DNA of 64,000 bases, taken from contig CM121341.1 of NCBI GenBank assembly GCA_051530055.1, positions 13,494,784 through 13,558,783 of the forward strand, given 5' to 3'. Within the stretch, counting starts at the first letter, position 1, and every line of letters begins with the position of its first letter. The notes below the pieces were generated by a model, which was given only the letters and a program-made list of their open reading frames with translations, was not told the origin of the DNA and made no database searches. Of the stretch, positions 12,719 through 24,449 are shown one piece after another. This DNA comes from Neoechinorhynchus agilis. Lineage: Eukaryota > Animalia > Acanthocephala. A program made the translations under genes and the position numbers.

Positions 12719-13033
12719 ATGAATGAAACTGATTTGGAAGTTGTCAATTTCGAAAAAGCAAAAGAGTTGCTGAGTACGAAGGAGAAGTTGGTGATTTTGT
12801 TTTTCGCTCAATGGTGCCTAAAGTGCAAAATGTTAGCAAAGACGTTAGCGGATTTCAAGAAAAGATACCCCATTATTCAAATTGTAATGGTGAATGGTGA
12901 AGACGACGGCGTAGAGGAATATTTTGAACTCGATCATTACCCAACGATTGTATCTTATCGTTCTGGAAGGAAGATCGAAATAATTTCAAAAGACGATGAA
13001 AAAACGCTAATTCACTTCTTCGATAAACTTTAG
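12719..13033 (+). CDS. Thioredoxin-fold protein with WCLKC active-site motif
   Basis: LVILFFAQWCLKCKML...YPTIVSYRSG, 104 aa; typical Trx spacing of WCxxC and cis-Pro motif. Confidence 0.85.
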   Translation: MNETDLEVVNFEKAKELLSTKEKLVILFFAQWCLKCKMLAKTLADFKKRYPIIQIVMVNGEDDGVEEYFELDHYPTIVSYRSGRKIEIISKDDEKTLIHFFDKL

Positions 13034-13731
13034 ACTTTTTATTCTACAATATAAGTACAAACACTGGTAAATCAATCACAGCGATGACCTTTCCCGATCG
13101 ATTTGAGTACACCGCGATTATATACGGCGTATTTTTCACTTTAATTTCAATAAATATAATTAAAGAATAGTTATTGTAACCCGGACCTTTTGCAACCAAT
13201 ATGCATATCGATTTTACTGAGCTTGTAGAGGAAATTTGCTGCTATGATTGTAGCAATGAACCTCACAACAATGAGTTTTCTGATCGATTTGATTTCTTTG
13301 AGCAAATAAATCGCATGCGCTTAACTACAATTATCGGTCTACCTCTATGAGTAGTTGAATCTCCAGATTGGACAACACACGCAGCATCGAAAGTTTACAA
13401 ATTCCTTTCGTCAGATTTTATGGAAAATTGGATAGATGGTAAAAGCCTTTGTAGGTGAAAAAAGCGAATTGGATAAAAAATGAACATGTTGAGCCCTAGG
13501 CCTTGCGCTGCATCATCGTCTGAGTAAAAAAGAAGAAATCCACATGAACATTCTGGAGAATATTCGCGCCCTGATCACAACGGTTTTAGTAAATATTAAA
13601 TTTTTTTTAAATGAGTGCTCCCTTACCTCTCCATATTTTCGGTACAAATAAGAAAGAGGCTCCTTTATTGTGGTTGAAAAGGAGTTCGCCCGAGTTGTGT
13701 ACGCTCATATCCTCAAATCATACTATTAAAA

Positions 13732-14704
13732 TTATTCCATGAAAGCTATAAGTCCATCACAACCGGGTGAGAACAGCGCACCTATTCGGTTTCCCTCGTG
13801 AGCAATATTTTCCGAGAATATAATTTTCAACTTCCTTACACACGAACCAGTTTCTTGACTAACAATTTTCTCCATCCTCTCAACAGTCATTCTAGTGGCT
13901 AGGACACTTTCCCATATCTCACCAAGTGCCGGCATTTGTGTACCGGCATCGTTGGTCATCTGATTAGTACAAATAAAGAGTCGTCTTCGAGTGCAATCTC
14001 CATGAGCGAGCAACAAAATATGTCCTAATAATTCAGAAAGTAAACGGTTTCTCACTTTGAAGTCCAATACTCGGAAAGGCGCTGCGATCGAATCGATCAC
14101 AATAAAATTTGGTATTTCCTTCATGACACTAAAAAGATTAAGAAGATTATAAGCGTCGTCTACAAGCAAGATATTTTATCAAACAGTAAAAAAATAAAAT
14201 CTCCAACTTTTATGTGTTCAACATAGACATCATTTAAAACGTTCAACGAAGTAGTCTGACAAATCTGTGCCAATCGAGCAGAAGGGAATGGTCCTTCGGT
14301 TGAAATGTATAAACATTTATCCTTGCCTTTTCGAGACTTTAAAAAAGATTTTATCAATTGAAGTGCAGGATTTGATTTTCAATTGAAAGAGATTCTTAAG
14401 TTTGATAATCAAATGTAATCTGCGTTTTGCCAGCACCTGCTTCACCAAAGATCTCAACAATTCCATCCATTGGCACACCACCTTGAAGATATGTATCGAT
14501 TGTTGGACAATCGAAAGGAAGCGATGGAACTAATCTAGGATTAGCGAGTTGAAGTGGGTATAACTGTTTGGAAGTAGTGAGCATTTGCTTTAGACTCTTT
14601 TCAATGTCTTCGCCTGTTATGATACACAGAACGTCGTCCGTCAGGCACAGTAAGTCATTCCCAGAAAAGTCGTCGCAGCTAGAACTATGATCGCTACCTT
14701 CCAT
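13732..14704 (-). CDS. XRCC3: RAD51 paralogue, XRCC3-like, three segments separated by two non-GT-AG interruptions
   Basis: IDTYLQGGVPMDGIVEIFGEAGAGKTQ (Walker A), ALQL, CLYISTEGPFPSARLAQI, IVIDSIAAPFR (Walker B), ICTNQM and PALGEIW. Confidence 0.8.
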
Positions 14705-15539
14705 CTTAAAAAGGATATAATAGATTTCTTGAGGGAACATGAATGTCTTGAGTGTTAATTATAGTACAGTGGAAAGTCAATTTTATTCGGATAGCTGTTC
14801 TGCTGAACTACTGTTGCCCAAAAGAATCAAAGATCTTGCAGCGAAAAAACGAAGATGTACATAATGTAATTCTCTACCAATTTTACTTTTTTTAAACTAC
14901 TTTCCCCCGCATGTTAAGAACATTGATATCTATAATCAAGCTTCGAAAATTCTCGTACGTATTACGATACTGTTCAGTCCAGACTTCAAGATTATATTAT
15001 GAAATTTATTTTATAGCGTTCAGAAAAATTAGGATTTCGCGAAATAAAGTTGAACCTTAGATGATGAACAATGAAAATTGAACTGATTTTAGAGCTCTCG
15101 GTTTTACTTTTTCCTACCGACCTAATAGCTAGGACAAATTCAACAAAGATTCAACGAAATTTACAAATTTTTTGTGGGTATGCTTGAGTCTCAATTGAAT
15201 GTAAGCATAACATTATTTGGCCTATGGCTATTAAGAACGAGTGAAATGTAACTATCATATAAAAACAAAGCATTGCTACAGATGTGATCAATGTCGACAT
15301 AAAGTGATTTCCGGTCATTGTAATGAATTTTAGAATGAAAAACTCACTAAGGTGGAGGATCTTCTCGAATATAAAGAACCATTTTAAGTTCAAGTAAAAC
15401 CTTTTTTTGTTTGTCACATAATATATGTATGTATTATCAAATGAACGCGATGAGCGCAAAAACCAAACCCGCACACATAAAATCGTTCTAAAGTCAAAAG
15501 GCATTTTTATTGAACAAAACATTAAACGTCAAATTTTAA

Positions 15540-16176
15540 TCATCCAAGAATTGTAAAAATAAACCTGTCAAAACATGTATACTTAAGGTAACTTTAAAAT
15601 CGATGTCGTGTCTTACGTAAATAAGAAAATAAATACATAAACAAGCATTAAGATCATTTTTATAATGCTAGTGAGCAAATGCTCTTTCGTTTCATTCCTA
15701 CCCAATATCTCAGCCGGATCATAATTGCTCATGTGTCCGGTTGAAGCACAAGACAGTCGTCTATACATTTTCATTCGTTTTGATACCAGCGTGTTTTTAA
15801 ACTCTTACTTGTATGCCATCCAGACGAGAATAGGGAGATATAGGACTAATGGCCAGAATGCCCCATAGATAATGAATGTCGAACATGTAAATCCAGCTAT
15901 CAGTATTTCCGGCAAAACAATCTGAGCATTAGTTTTGAAAAATTGACCTATTTCTTCTTGATACAAAGAAAACTTACTCTATTGAGTCGATTGCAGCAAA
16001 CGTACGTATTTATCAATCCTGATTGTAGATCAGATAAGTTGATCAACTGTGTTACGAAGGTTTACAATGGGAAGGATAAATGCGAAACTTACGGTGAAAA
16101 CTGAGATGCATAAAAGTACCAGACTTGAGATGAGGGCGATGAAGTACGGAGTTGCACTGGGTTCGGTTTCAAACAT
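15540..16176 (-). CDS. CNIH4: Cornichon family protein (CNIH4-like), five exons, four GT-AG introns
   Basis: Spliced product MFETEP..ISVFT|LINLSDLQSGLINTYVCCNRLNR|IVLPE...NYDPAEIL..IIKMILMLVY; all junctions GTAAG...AG in phase. Confidence 0.8.
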
Positions 16177-16203
16177 CTGAAAAATGTCCAAACACACTTC
16201 AAA

Positions 16204-16351
16204 GGACGAATCACTGGCGATCGGAGGGCAATAGAATTCCTCTGGCGAAACATAAGCCTGGCTGTGCAACGGAAGGGGGAACGCTGCATCCGTCCTGTCG
16301 GCCGCTACACCAAGACGGCAGCTTTGAATGATCCAAAACGGTGGTGTGGAT
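16204..16351 (+). mobile_element. Short 3' fragment of the CRE-like family
   Basis: Aligns by eye to 7100-7240 (gaatcactggcgatc...gggaacgctgcatccgtcct...). Confidence 0.75.
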
Positions 16352-17725
16352 GTTGATAAGATTTGGTCGAGACTATTTCACTATTAGACAGTAAAATGCA
16401 TATAAATTAAAGAGACAATGCAAACGCCAACTTAAAATAAACTTTATAAATCATTTGCACTTTAACATCCCAGCCGCAAGCCAGAAAATAGCTTTCTTCT
16501 TAAAAGTTCAAAGATAGGGGAAATGTTTTCTATGCAAAAAACCATATCTTGAAGACTATTGTGAAGAAATGTTGTAATGCAAGAAAATATTGTTAATTTG
16601 TTCTATTAATCGAGCTCCCGGATTATTGTGCAGTTCATTAGATTCAGTGCATCGTACTAGAAATTTGTTACCATTCTTCTGACCAGAGTAAGTGAAGACT
16701 TCAAGAATACGAGCAATCTAGGTAATTGGTTGTAAAATGAAGCGGTATTATTAAGTGCTAAATCGGACATCACATTTTTGAAATTTCAAAGAGTTCTGCA
16801 AATAAAAGTCTTTGTCCTGAAAAGATAATTCCGAAACCTTTTGTGATTTATGCAATCGACCGATGGATAATTGACGACGCCAAGATGAAAAATATTTTAA
16901 ATGATGAAATGCATTTAAAAAAAGATTTATTTAATCCTCCGATTATTTATAATAGTATGTTGAAACTCTGCGTTTTAATTCTAGCGATTTATCTGCGGAC
17001 GGGGAGCAACGACGTTTAAAATTTTCTAAAAAATGTCTGCCACTATCTAAAATTTGAATTGTACAATGGACACAAAATACAATGTGTCCATTTATAAGGA
17101 AACTAAGACTTGTTTTGGTCTATCACTTTTACATCATGCCTATTAGTAAATCAGTTCTCGCCTACTGACCTGAGAATTTGACCTTTGGCAGGGTAGAGTG
17201 TCGCTGAAGGAACCATTTGTGAATTCATTAATGTTTTTATATGAGGAGGAAAAATTAAAGGATACTATTAGGTCCGATATTTCGGCGCACAATCTTGTAT
17301 GCGTTTATAAAGGTCTAAAAAACACGTAGGAGATGGTTATTCACACTGTTCTAAGCTCGATCTACAAACGAATTCATTAATCGTGATTATAGTACGATAT
17401 TACTACACCGTCTGAGTAGTTTCTCACATTTTACTTTAACAAATCCGTTTGAGGATTTGGAAGGTGAGCATTTAAAATCTCAAATTATTGGGAAAGCAGA
17501 TCAATTTTAATTAGGAGTTTTAAGGTCATTTCGAGGGTTGATGAGATTTGAAAGAAGGATTTAATCAAGATTAATGACGAGAAGAAATAGAATGACCACT
17601 TAGCGCAATTCAAAGTGTTATATTAAAAAAATCTCAAACCTTCTCCATGATAAATGCATTTATTAGCGATATAATCGTACTCTACGGCAGCTACGAATCC
17701 GATGTAAACCGATAACGAGTTCGTG

Positions 17726-18184
17726 TTAGTTTTTAAAGAATCTAAATAGACAGTTCTTAGTGAGAGACAGAAACGATAAGAACTGTCCAGTCATAAATGG
17801 ATTTATCCAACTCATCCAACCGTCCTGAGGCTTCCCTTGTCTGCATGGAATACATTCCAGGGTATCTTCATCGACGCCACTGGAGTCTCTATAAATCCTA
17901 CGTTCTTCGAAGCTACCATCAGGAAGCTGGTGCTTGCTTATTTGGACGTATTTGAAGAACGAAGAAGATTTATCGAGACTGTTCATTCGCTCCTGGCTAT
18001 CAGCGAAACATTGATCTCGAAGACTGGGTGGGCCACTGTTAGTTGACAACTCAAGAGGGTTCATCGGAGTGTCCAATCCAGTATTCTCAAACGAAATTCG
18101 AATTGGATTGAGAAAAGAACGGACCATTTCATCGTGAATTCGCGTGAATTCGTCGAAAATATTCGGAATTGGATTGTCACACAT
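17726..18184 (-). CDS. HAX1: HS1-associated protein X-1-like
   Basis: SLRDQ and SSSFFKYVQISKHQLPDGSFEERRIYRDSSG resemble the HAX1 LRD motif and the C-terminal PDGxxEERRT motif; both ends uncertain. Confidence 0.6.
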   Translation of the reverse strand: MCDNPIPNIFDEFTRIHDEMVRSFLNPIRISFENTGLDTPMNPLELSTNSGPPSLRDQCFADSQERMNSLDKSSSFFKYVQISKHQLPDGSFEERRIYRDSSGVDEDTLECIPCRQGKPQDGWMSWINPFMTGQFLSFLSLTKNCLFRFFKN

Positions 18185-18435
18185 CTAAAAAGAGGAAACT
18201 CTTTAAACCAAGCGTCGATTGCCTATTAAACACATTGAAAATCGATTGCTATTATCCCATTTTTTGATCATCTTACGCAGTTTTCAGAGTTGGAACCTTT
18301 TCTCGCCTATTTAGAGTCCAAGTCTTTCGCATTCTAAGCTAAAAAGTCACCACGGTGAACGTTTTGATTAAATTGAAAGCATTAAACTGATTAAAGTACG
18401 CTTATTTCTGAAATTTAAAAAATTTAGGCTTCAAT

Positions 18436-21400
18436 TTACGAAAAAAATCTACAGATATAACTCGGGGACAAATCCCGGATTAATCCCTTTTTAGATAACT
18501 GATGAGGTGAGGTTAATTCGTGAAATATTTCAAATAAATCAATTAGGTCATGCTCGGGGGAGTATGCCAACCACAATTCTAATTCGATTACCCCAGATAG
18601 ATTTTCTATCGATGAATAAATAATAAAACCATGGGATGCGCCACTGGCCGGAATCAATGAATTTAATAATAACACGTTTTATTAAAGTCAAAAGAATAGA
18701 ACCCATGTACCTTTGGGTCCTCATGAATACTAGAGTTCTGATTTTATTTAAATGAATGTGGCATTTGATTTTTGGAGTCTATAACAGGTCCGGTCGGGCG
18801 GGGAAATATCCAATCAGGTTACGAAGGTTGATGGTTGAAAATACAAAAGGTTAGGAAGACACATGTACCTTTGGGTCCTCATCCGTTAATATGGGTATAT
18901 GCAGCCGAGGGATGTCCGTTCGGGAGGTAATATCTGGTCGGAGGGATGTCTATTCGGGTAGGAACTATCCAGTCGGGGATGGTTCGGGTGAGGGTGTGTC
19001 CGTTCGATTGAGAATATCCGGTTGGGTTGGAAGGCCCGTTCTTGTCGGACTCGGTGTTTATTGCTTGCAGGAGCGCTTGTAAGGTTGATCTTTCCTCAGA
19101 ATCATTTTAGGTTATGATATCCGAGAAGATTGGGCAGCATGGAGAAAGGAGCGCAGATATAAGGAGGCGCGAGGTATCGGAGGATGAAACGAATTAGGAT
19201 TACGAGTGCTGTGTTCGTATGAAAAGGGAGCGATATGTCGAAGAAATTGTGGTGGTAGGGTTGAGAGGCGTTTTGATTGTTTAATGAAAAACAAGAAGGA
19301 TGCCTTCTAAGATCTCAAGTTCTTAGGAAAAACAATTATTTTCACAACCAAAACTACAATGCCCATTCATCTGCATTCATGTATTTTGTTTCTTAATCTG
19401 ATCCACATTTCGTTATTGAGTTGCTGAATTTTTTCATCCTCGAATTCGTCCAAATGAGTTAAACTGTTCTGAAATTCATCAAAGGCTGCATTATACAAAT
19501 TGAAGTAATCTTCGAACACATCAGGACTTTCTGAAATATTCTTCGAACTAATTCGACTGAAAATAACGCGAGCAATGCTGTTCGTAAGATCTTCGTGAGC
19601 TTTAGTGACTTTTGCGCACGATGAAAAAATAAATCGAGGAACAGTGGACGATTTGACTACCGCTTTGATCAAGTCAAGGCAATCACTTCTTGATGAATTC
19701 TTAATAAAAGTTTCAATTATTTTCGATAACGCAACTCCACCGAATGAACATAAACAATGGAGATTTGCAACAACCTGAATTTTGTCGACTCGGTCATCTT
19801 CAATCACTTGTGCGAGAAAAATCACAGAGTCCGGAGAAAGTGTTTCGGAAATCTTCCTAAGATATTCAAGCATGTCTTTGCTCCGGATTGTCCTAAGAAG
19901 TCCTGCCAATGCAGCTACAATCAGACGATGTGACTTTGTTTTGCCCGAGTTGGCAAGAAAATCAAATATTCTTAATGATACTAAGGAGTTACGTGAGCAC
20001 GTTTCCTTTACTGCCAAAGCAAGAAATGATTTGAATTCAATATGTGAGCTTTCTGAATTTCATGGGAATTCTTAAATCTCGTAGGATAAAGATCAAAGTT
20101 GGAGTGTGATTTACTTGATGGTAAAATGAAAATAAAATTGGCTCACTAGAAATGCTATTAAGAGATGAGATTTATGCCTTTTTTGTGCTGAATTGGGTTT
20201 TGGAAGTGCTGTTTAGGTCTTCACCCGGTAAATAATTTTCTATTAAATACGTTTTGCGAACCTCGTCGGGTTCATAATCAGTTTGCTAGCATCTTTGTAT
20301 AACCAACTAACCGATGATGAACCCGACGAGGTTCGTAGAAGGTCACCGGGTGAAGACTTCTAAATAATAATTGTATAATCATATAGCCCACGGTGCCTCC
20401 TCCTAAAATATCGATGTTTTAATTTTTGTGTTTATATTTTCACAAATCTAATTTAGATTTGTGAAACATTAATTGCTTCAAATACTAAATCTTTGACATG
20501 ATGTTACAAAATTAAGAATTCCCCGTACTATAACTCAATGAGAACAGACACGAGCTTAGGATTGCTGCCTAGTACTGCAAAATACAGTCCGCTCAATGAT
20601 AGCATTAAACGATATGCGCAATCGGGATTATAACTCACGTATTTCAGTGAATAACACGCCATTGCTTCCAATCGATCGATCATCCACGGCTCACCGTGTT
20701 CATGGATTTCGTTTACTTTCGATCTTGCATAAGATCTGACTTGACTATTATTGCTTGACACAAACATCATAAACGTATCTAAGAATGATTTTCTAGAAGG
20801 ATTTCTTCTATAAAAGATCCCTTCCACTATCCCGTCAATAACACCTTTGAAGTGATCATTTTCTTCTTCCATTAAACCAGACAAATAATCAAGAATTGAG
20901 TCCGTCACCAGAGGAATTAATCTTAAGAAATTTTGCAATTCTTCATTCGATATTACACGATCTCTTACGAATGTTCTAAGGTACTCATTGGACTCACTGT
21001 TATATATGTCCAATGAACACTCACACGTAGAATGCGGTCTTTTAAGTGACTGAAATATGGATTGAAGTCTGTCCAAGGCAATATCAATAGGTTCGAGAAG
21101 GTCTGTAGGTGAACCGCATGCGCCAACCAATGACCGCAAAGTACGCTTCCTTTCTGAGGTAAAGCAATACTCGGATGCTGCATCTCGTGATTGGATAATC
21201 CTTCGTAATGCATCATCTGCAAAAGATCTGATTTTGTCAATATTCATTTCACTTATCCCGCAATCAACACTATGCTCATTTTTAGGCACGTCGGTATAAC
21301 TCGAATCGTCAATCAAAACACAATCGTCTTCCTGTAATTCATCCCATTGATTAGGCGTAAATATTTCATTGCGTTTCCTTTGATAGCATCTAATTCCTAG

Positions 21401-22363
21401 CCCTTCCAGTACCAATCGAATGTCGGCTTTCAATAAATTTGTTTTCTCCATCCAAGCACCCAATGCAGTGCGGATTGTTGTTCTAACGCTTCCGTTCGTA
21501 ATAATGTTTTTACCTTCAAACAGCTTCTTTAGTCGATCAAGTGCTTGTTGTTCAAATTGAGGCCGATGAGTAGCGATGTTTGACAAAGTTTTTATATAAC
21601 GATTTACCTCGCACGATTTGTCCGATTTAATAGGTCCTAACAAAACATTGATTATTTGCTCGCTTTCCTGACGAAACACGGATGACTGAAGAAACACCCG
21701 ATTATTCTCTGTGAATCGGTTCTCAGTGGCATTTAGGTTTAGTTTTCGCATTTAAATATCATCGATGTGAAACGATTGCTATCCCCAAAACCTTTTGAAT
21801 AGTTAACTCATAATGGAGAGCCACACATTGAGAACAGCTTCTTTGACAATTTCTTCATCGCTAAGCGTGTGTACGAAAAGGATATTAACAAGAAGTCCTA
21901 ACACCGCCGGCCGGTATTTCCCGTCCTTATACTCGAGGACGAAAAAGTCTTGAAGCTCATTTAAATGATTCCACATTTTCAAGATCGATTTGGGGTTCGT
22001 TTTATATTGTTCATTGCTCCACGAGATCGAAATCGAATATAGTTCGGAGAAAGCACTACAGATAGCATCAACAACGGTCGTACATTTGTCACTGACCATA
22101 AAACTATAAAGCTCGATCGTGTTTGGTAGAAGATCATTGTTCACAATTGCTGCATCTTTCGCGAATAAAACTACAAATCTCCTAGTTTTAAAATCGTGGT
22201 CGCTATGAAATGCTAGTACGTCGTTGAAGAATACTCCCATTAAATCCGGATTGCTGGTAAACAATATTCCTTTTATCGTAGCCAATATCATCTTTCTTTG
22301 TTCACCGTAAGATGCCATCATAGCACCTAAAAGTTTGACCATTCTCGACTTGGATTCGTCCAT
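18436..22363 (-). CDS. SYMPK: Symplekin (3'-end processing scaffold), divergent, multi-exon, shortened
   Basis: FHSDHDFKTRRFVVLFAKDA, LSNIATHRPQF, LYFAVLGSNPKL, LAVKETCSRNSLVSLRIF and a C-terminal block resembling LQLPxxQL..F; ORFs 21803-22363, 20528-21751, 19367-20017 and 18436-18675. Confidence 0.75.
18667..19320 (-). mobile_element. 3' fragment of an L2/CR1-like LINE inside a symplekin intron
   Basis: About 300 bp near-identical in reverse to 45690-45990; C-rich sense strand; ends in AATAAAACGTGTT followed by TAT repeats. Confidence 0.6.
20215..20375. mobile_element. Palindromic family B element (intronic)
   Basis: cgaacctcgtcgggttcat...atgaacccgacgaggttcg arms, flanked by cacccgg/ccgggtg. 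Confidence 0.7.
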
Positions 22364-23211
22364 ATCTAAAACACCATTAGATGTAAAGCCAACTGCGAAG
22401 TTATTAAAAGATAATGGAAGTTTAAACAGAAAAGTAGCAAAGAATATTGCTAGTAAATTTTAGCTGTTCAATGGCGGGAACGTGTGAAGATTCAAGATTA
22501 AAAATACAAATTGTCTTTCTTATTTTAATGGATTTAAAAGGGGTCTCTAAATCACCGAGATCTGGGATATAAGAATATTATTACGATGTATAAAGGATTT
22601 TTATTTAACGACAATCTGAACCCTCGGAGTGAATTTTTAAGTTTATTTTTGAAATTGGAGACCAGCATTAAGATCTCAGAGACCACCTCTAATAGCATTA
22701 GTCGCTGAATAAAAAATCGTATACATTATATGGACTGGGGTTCTTTTGAAAACCGTAACCAGAGCAAATAGAGCCGAAAATATAAATCAAGGAGGTCTAA
22801 AATGTTCCGTTAAAATATTGTTCTGTTCATTTGAATGAAAAGCGTAAAGCGATTGTCCAGTCCTTTTGATTCTTTTGTTTTGAGACCGCCGTGATCGATT
22901 TATTTTCTGAAATTTAAGAAAAACCATTTAACCGATGGTAATTTTCAGATTAAAATTTAATCGAACTAATTGATTTTATTGATCTATGAAGCATCCGAAA
23001 TTCGTGTGGCGATCACACTGCCGATAATCGATTTCATCGGGTGTGAAGTTGGACGTTTGCGTTTCTTCCAGCTTTAGATTTGAAACGCATCCGGATCGCC
23101 ATGCGTCCACAAAATCAGAATCCGGCGAGGACTTAGGGAGTTAGCCAAGTTGATGTCTATTGTTATGTTGGCGATTCTTGGTGTGAGAGTACTAACTCTA
23201 AAACCGCGGCG

Positions 23212-23370
23212 CTGGACCTGGTCAAGCAATTGTCTAAGAAATTGAGACGAGTCACTGGCGATCCGAGGCAGGAGCATTCCTCCTACAGCAAAACATAGTC
23301 AACGGGGGAGGGAACGCTGCATCCACCAGGACGGCCGCTAAGTGATCCAGAGCGGTGGCGTGAATGCTTT
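23212..23370 (+). mobile_element. Short 3' fragment of the CRE-like family
   Basis: ggacctggtcaagcaattgtctaaga...ggcgatccgag...gggaacgctgcatcc matches 7068-7240. Confidence 0.7.
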
Positions 23371-24194
23371 TCGAGCTCTTTTTATTGAGATCCGGGATGG
23401 AAAATGTTTGTGAATTCTACGTTATGTGCCTATTGTTGAACGTAATATTCCTATTATTAATAATCAAGAGAAAATCCTTCGGGGTGACAGAGTTGGAGAT
23501 GTGGTGATATTGAATTCAGATATTTCGTGAGGTAGCCTCGATTTATCAGTTGTCCAAAAAGATATAAAATACATTATATACGAGATTATGATTACAACGT
23601 CTCAAACTTTCTATTATTTTTCTAACATCTTAAGTATTTTTGTTGCCACTCATGATGTTACCTTCAAGTGAGAGCTTGTTTAGGTGATCCCTACGTTTTT
23701 TCGTTGCGTTTAAGGTTTTTCAACTCCTTTTTTTGCGTAAGTTAAAAACTCGAATTTCTTTATTCCCTGATTCTCGAATTGACCTTAAAGGTTAAATATA
23801 AAGACTTTTTTAACTACTATTTTTGCATTAGTTAAAACCTAGAATTTCATTATTCCCTAATTCTTGAGTGGACCAAAGATTATTGATCTTTCGATATATA
23901 AAAAATGTAGGTTCAATTGTTCAAAGGTCTAAAATAACCAAAAACTCATCAGGTTGTTTTGCTCTTAGTCTTTTTTACACTCATTGAGATTCTGTTTTGT
24001 CCGTTGAGCGAATTGCGTTACCTTTAAGAGTTTTGAACTCCTGTTTCGAAAATAATTCCTCAAAGCTTAACAATAACCGCCTTTAATTATTTTATACCAA
24101 CCTTTTAAACTCTATATGCGCAATACCGTGCTTTCTGTCCAAGTAATTTGTAAAATTGAATTTATATCAAACAATAACCAAATCATATCAACAT

Positions 24195-24330
24195 TCACAC
24201 CACCGCTCGGGATCACTCAGCTGCCGTCCTGGTGTAACGGTCAAAAGGACGGATGCAGCGTTCCCTTCCCGTTGCACATTCAGACTTATGTTTTGTAGGA
24301 GGAATGCTCCTGTTCTCAAATCGCCAGTAT
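24195..24330 (-). mobile_element. Short 3' fragment of the CRE-like family
   Basis: Reverse complement of the 7120-7240 tail. Confidence 0.7.
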
Positions 24331-24449
24331 TCCCTTTAGATTTTAAACAAAAATGGAAAGCATTAAAAGCTCATCTCTATAACAACAGACCCGTCCGGCG
24401 GATGCAGTGGGAACTCAGATTTTTGAATTCATTACAAAAGCCGAAGCAC

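Noticed and set aside
20490-21800. In-frame TAA/TAG in symplekin suggesting stop-codon reassignment
   Set aside because: RPL10A and WDR75 end at TAA/TAG where expected, and 600-700-codon ORFs lack internal TAR in an AT-rich genome, so the code is standard.
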